Shown: piece by piece, positions 62,883-64,000 of the stretch
Layout of the letters: each line of letters starts with the position of its first letter
How positions within the stretch are numbered: position 1 is the first letter of the stretch
Program-made: the position numbers and the translations under genes
Assembly (NCBI RefSeq): GCF_006345805.1
Contig: NC_043003.1
Coordinates: 93,496,001-93,560,000 of the forward strand
Length of the DNA stretch: 64,000 nt
Direction of reading: 5' to 3'
Source: Octopus sinensis
Lineage: Eukaryota
The notes under the pieces: generated by a model
Databases searched by the model: none
Told to the model about the DNA's origin: nothing
What the model saw: the letters and a program-made list of their open reading frames with translations, nothing else

Positions 62883-64000
62883 TTCTTTCTGCCAAATGGT
62901 TGTAAATGGGTTTTACGCAGTTGTTAATACAGAATGCTCGGGATATTTTCGGACTGCTTTCGTTTCTTATTTGTTTTATAACCAATTGATCAATTGATTC
63001 CCCATATTTTCATGTGTATTTATTGTACGCTAATGGACTATTGCGTGGATTAAGTTTGGATTTTCGGGGTTGCAGGTTTATGGGCAGTGCAGTTCATAGT
63101 CCGGGAAATATGGTACAGGAATGTATGTAATTTTTTCCATATTAATTATCCTGCATTTTATAGGGGACCGTGAATAATCGAAGAAAAAAAACTATAAGGA
63201 AACCGGCACATTAAAATTTTTGTAAAGTTTGAGAACCACTGATAGAGGTATTTTGTCGTTGGTTCATCAAGCTTTTTGTCATTACATTTGATATTTGTTT
63301 GGAATTCTCCACCAATATTCGATATTTTGAAATGCATGGATATTGTCAACGTTACAATTTATTATCTCCTGAACTGGCATAATATGCTATTATATTTTAA
63401 TACGCATTTTGTCATGTCATATAATAGAAAAATTCATTGTTGACATTTGGAAGTACTCTGCAGATCACATTTATGATGTTATCCACATGTATGACTTAGT
63501 CAACCTTTCGTTCAACGACACTTTTCTCATTGTTTTGTCCAACAGAAATTTTGTAACTATCTCTTGCTCTTCCATTACAAAAGCATAACTTCTCAATTGT
63601 CAACTGATGTAACGGTATTGTATTCACCGGAGGCATATTCTCCGAGAATTTATCTTCTAATTCATCTGTTAACGCAAATTTATCCATCTGGGAACGCTTA
63701 TTTTGACTCGGAAAAAAATGCTATTGTCTTTCCTCTTGAACTCTTGGTTGGTGGAGATATCGTACAACGTCTAACTTACTGTTTCTACCGATCTATAATT
63801 TCTTTCTCTGTCTTTTCTTTTGAGATAAAAGCTGTTAATATTATTATTTATATGTAAGGCGGTAAGCTGGCTGAATTGTTGTCACACCGGGCTGAATGCT
63901 TAGCGGCATTTCGTCCGTCCCTAATTCTGAGTTCAAATTCTGCCAAAGTCGACTTTGCCTTCGGAGTATCGATAAAATAAGTACCAGTTGTGCACTGGGG

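Noticed and set aside
63250-63790. Minus-strand ORFs as a host gene
   Set aside because: Fragmented frames, no recognisable motif, and flanked by transposon ends. Probably a decayed element, unclassified.

Overview
AT-rich, microsatellite-saturated animal genomic DNA. The SINE repertoire (tRNA-Arg-like heads, a Meta/MESC-like core) most resembles octopus; this assignment is an inference. There is no complete protein-coding gene, rRNA, real tRNA or CRISPR array, and most ORFs in the supplied track are microsatellite artefacts. The window is mainly decayed mobile DNA. Retroelements include RTE, R4/Dong and CR1-group LINE fragments, three Naiad-type Penelope-like element (PLE) fragments and at least four SINE families. 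DNA elements include Tc1 and mariner relics, hAT and other MITEs, and many non-autonomous Helitrons plus a Helitron helicase fragment. A few splice-flanked segments at 1.5-13.7 kb may be exons of an unidentified host gene. The main hidden layer is structured RNA: two type-I hammerhead ribozymes with intact cores in PLE pseudo-LTRs, about eight minimal or variant hammerheads in short non-coding elements (two of them 260-275 bp palindromes), and a pseudoknotted, ribozyme-like fold at the 5' end of a non-autonomous RTE-like element present twice. SINE/LINE tail sharing, SINE tail swapping, self-nesting SINE arrays and a twin-priming-type RTE inversion are also visible. All RNA folds were derived by eye and are untested.
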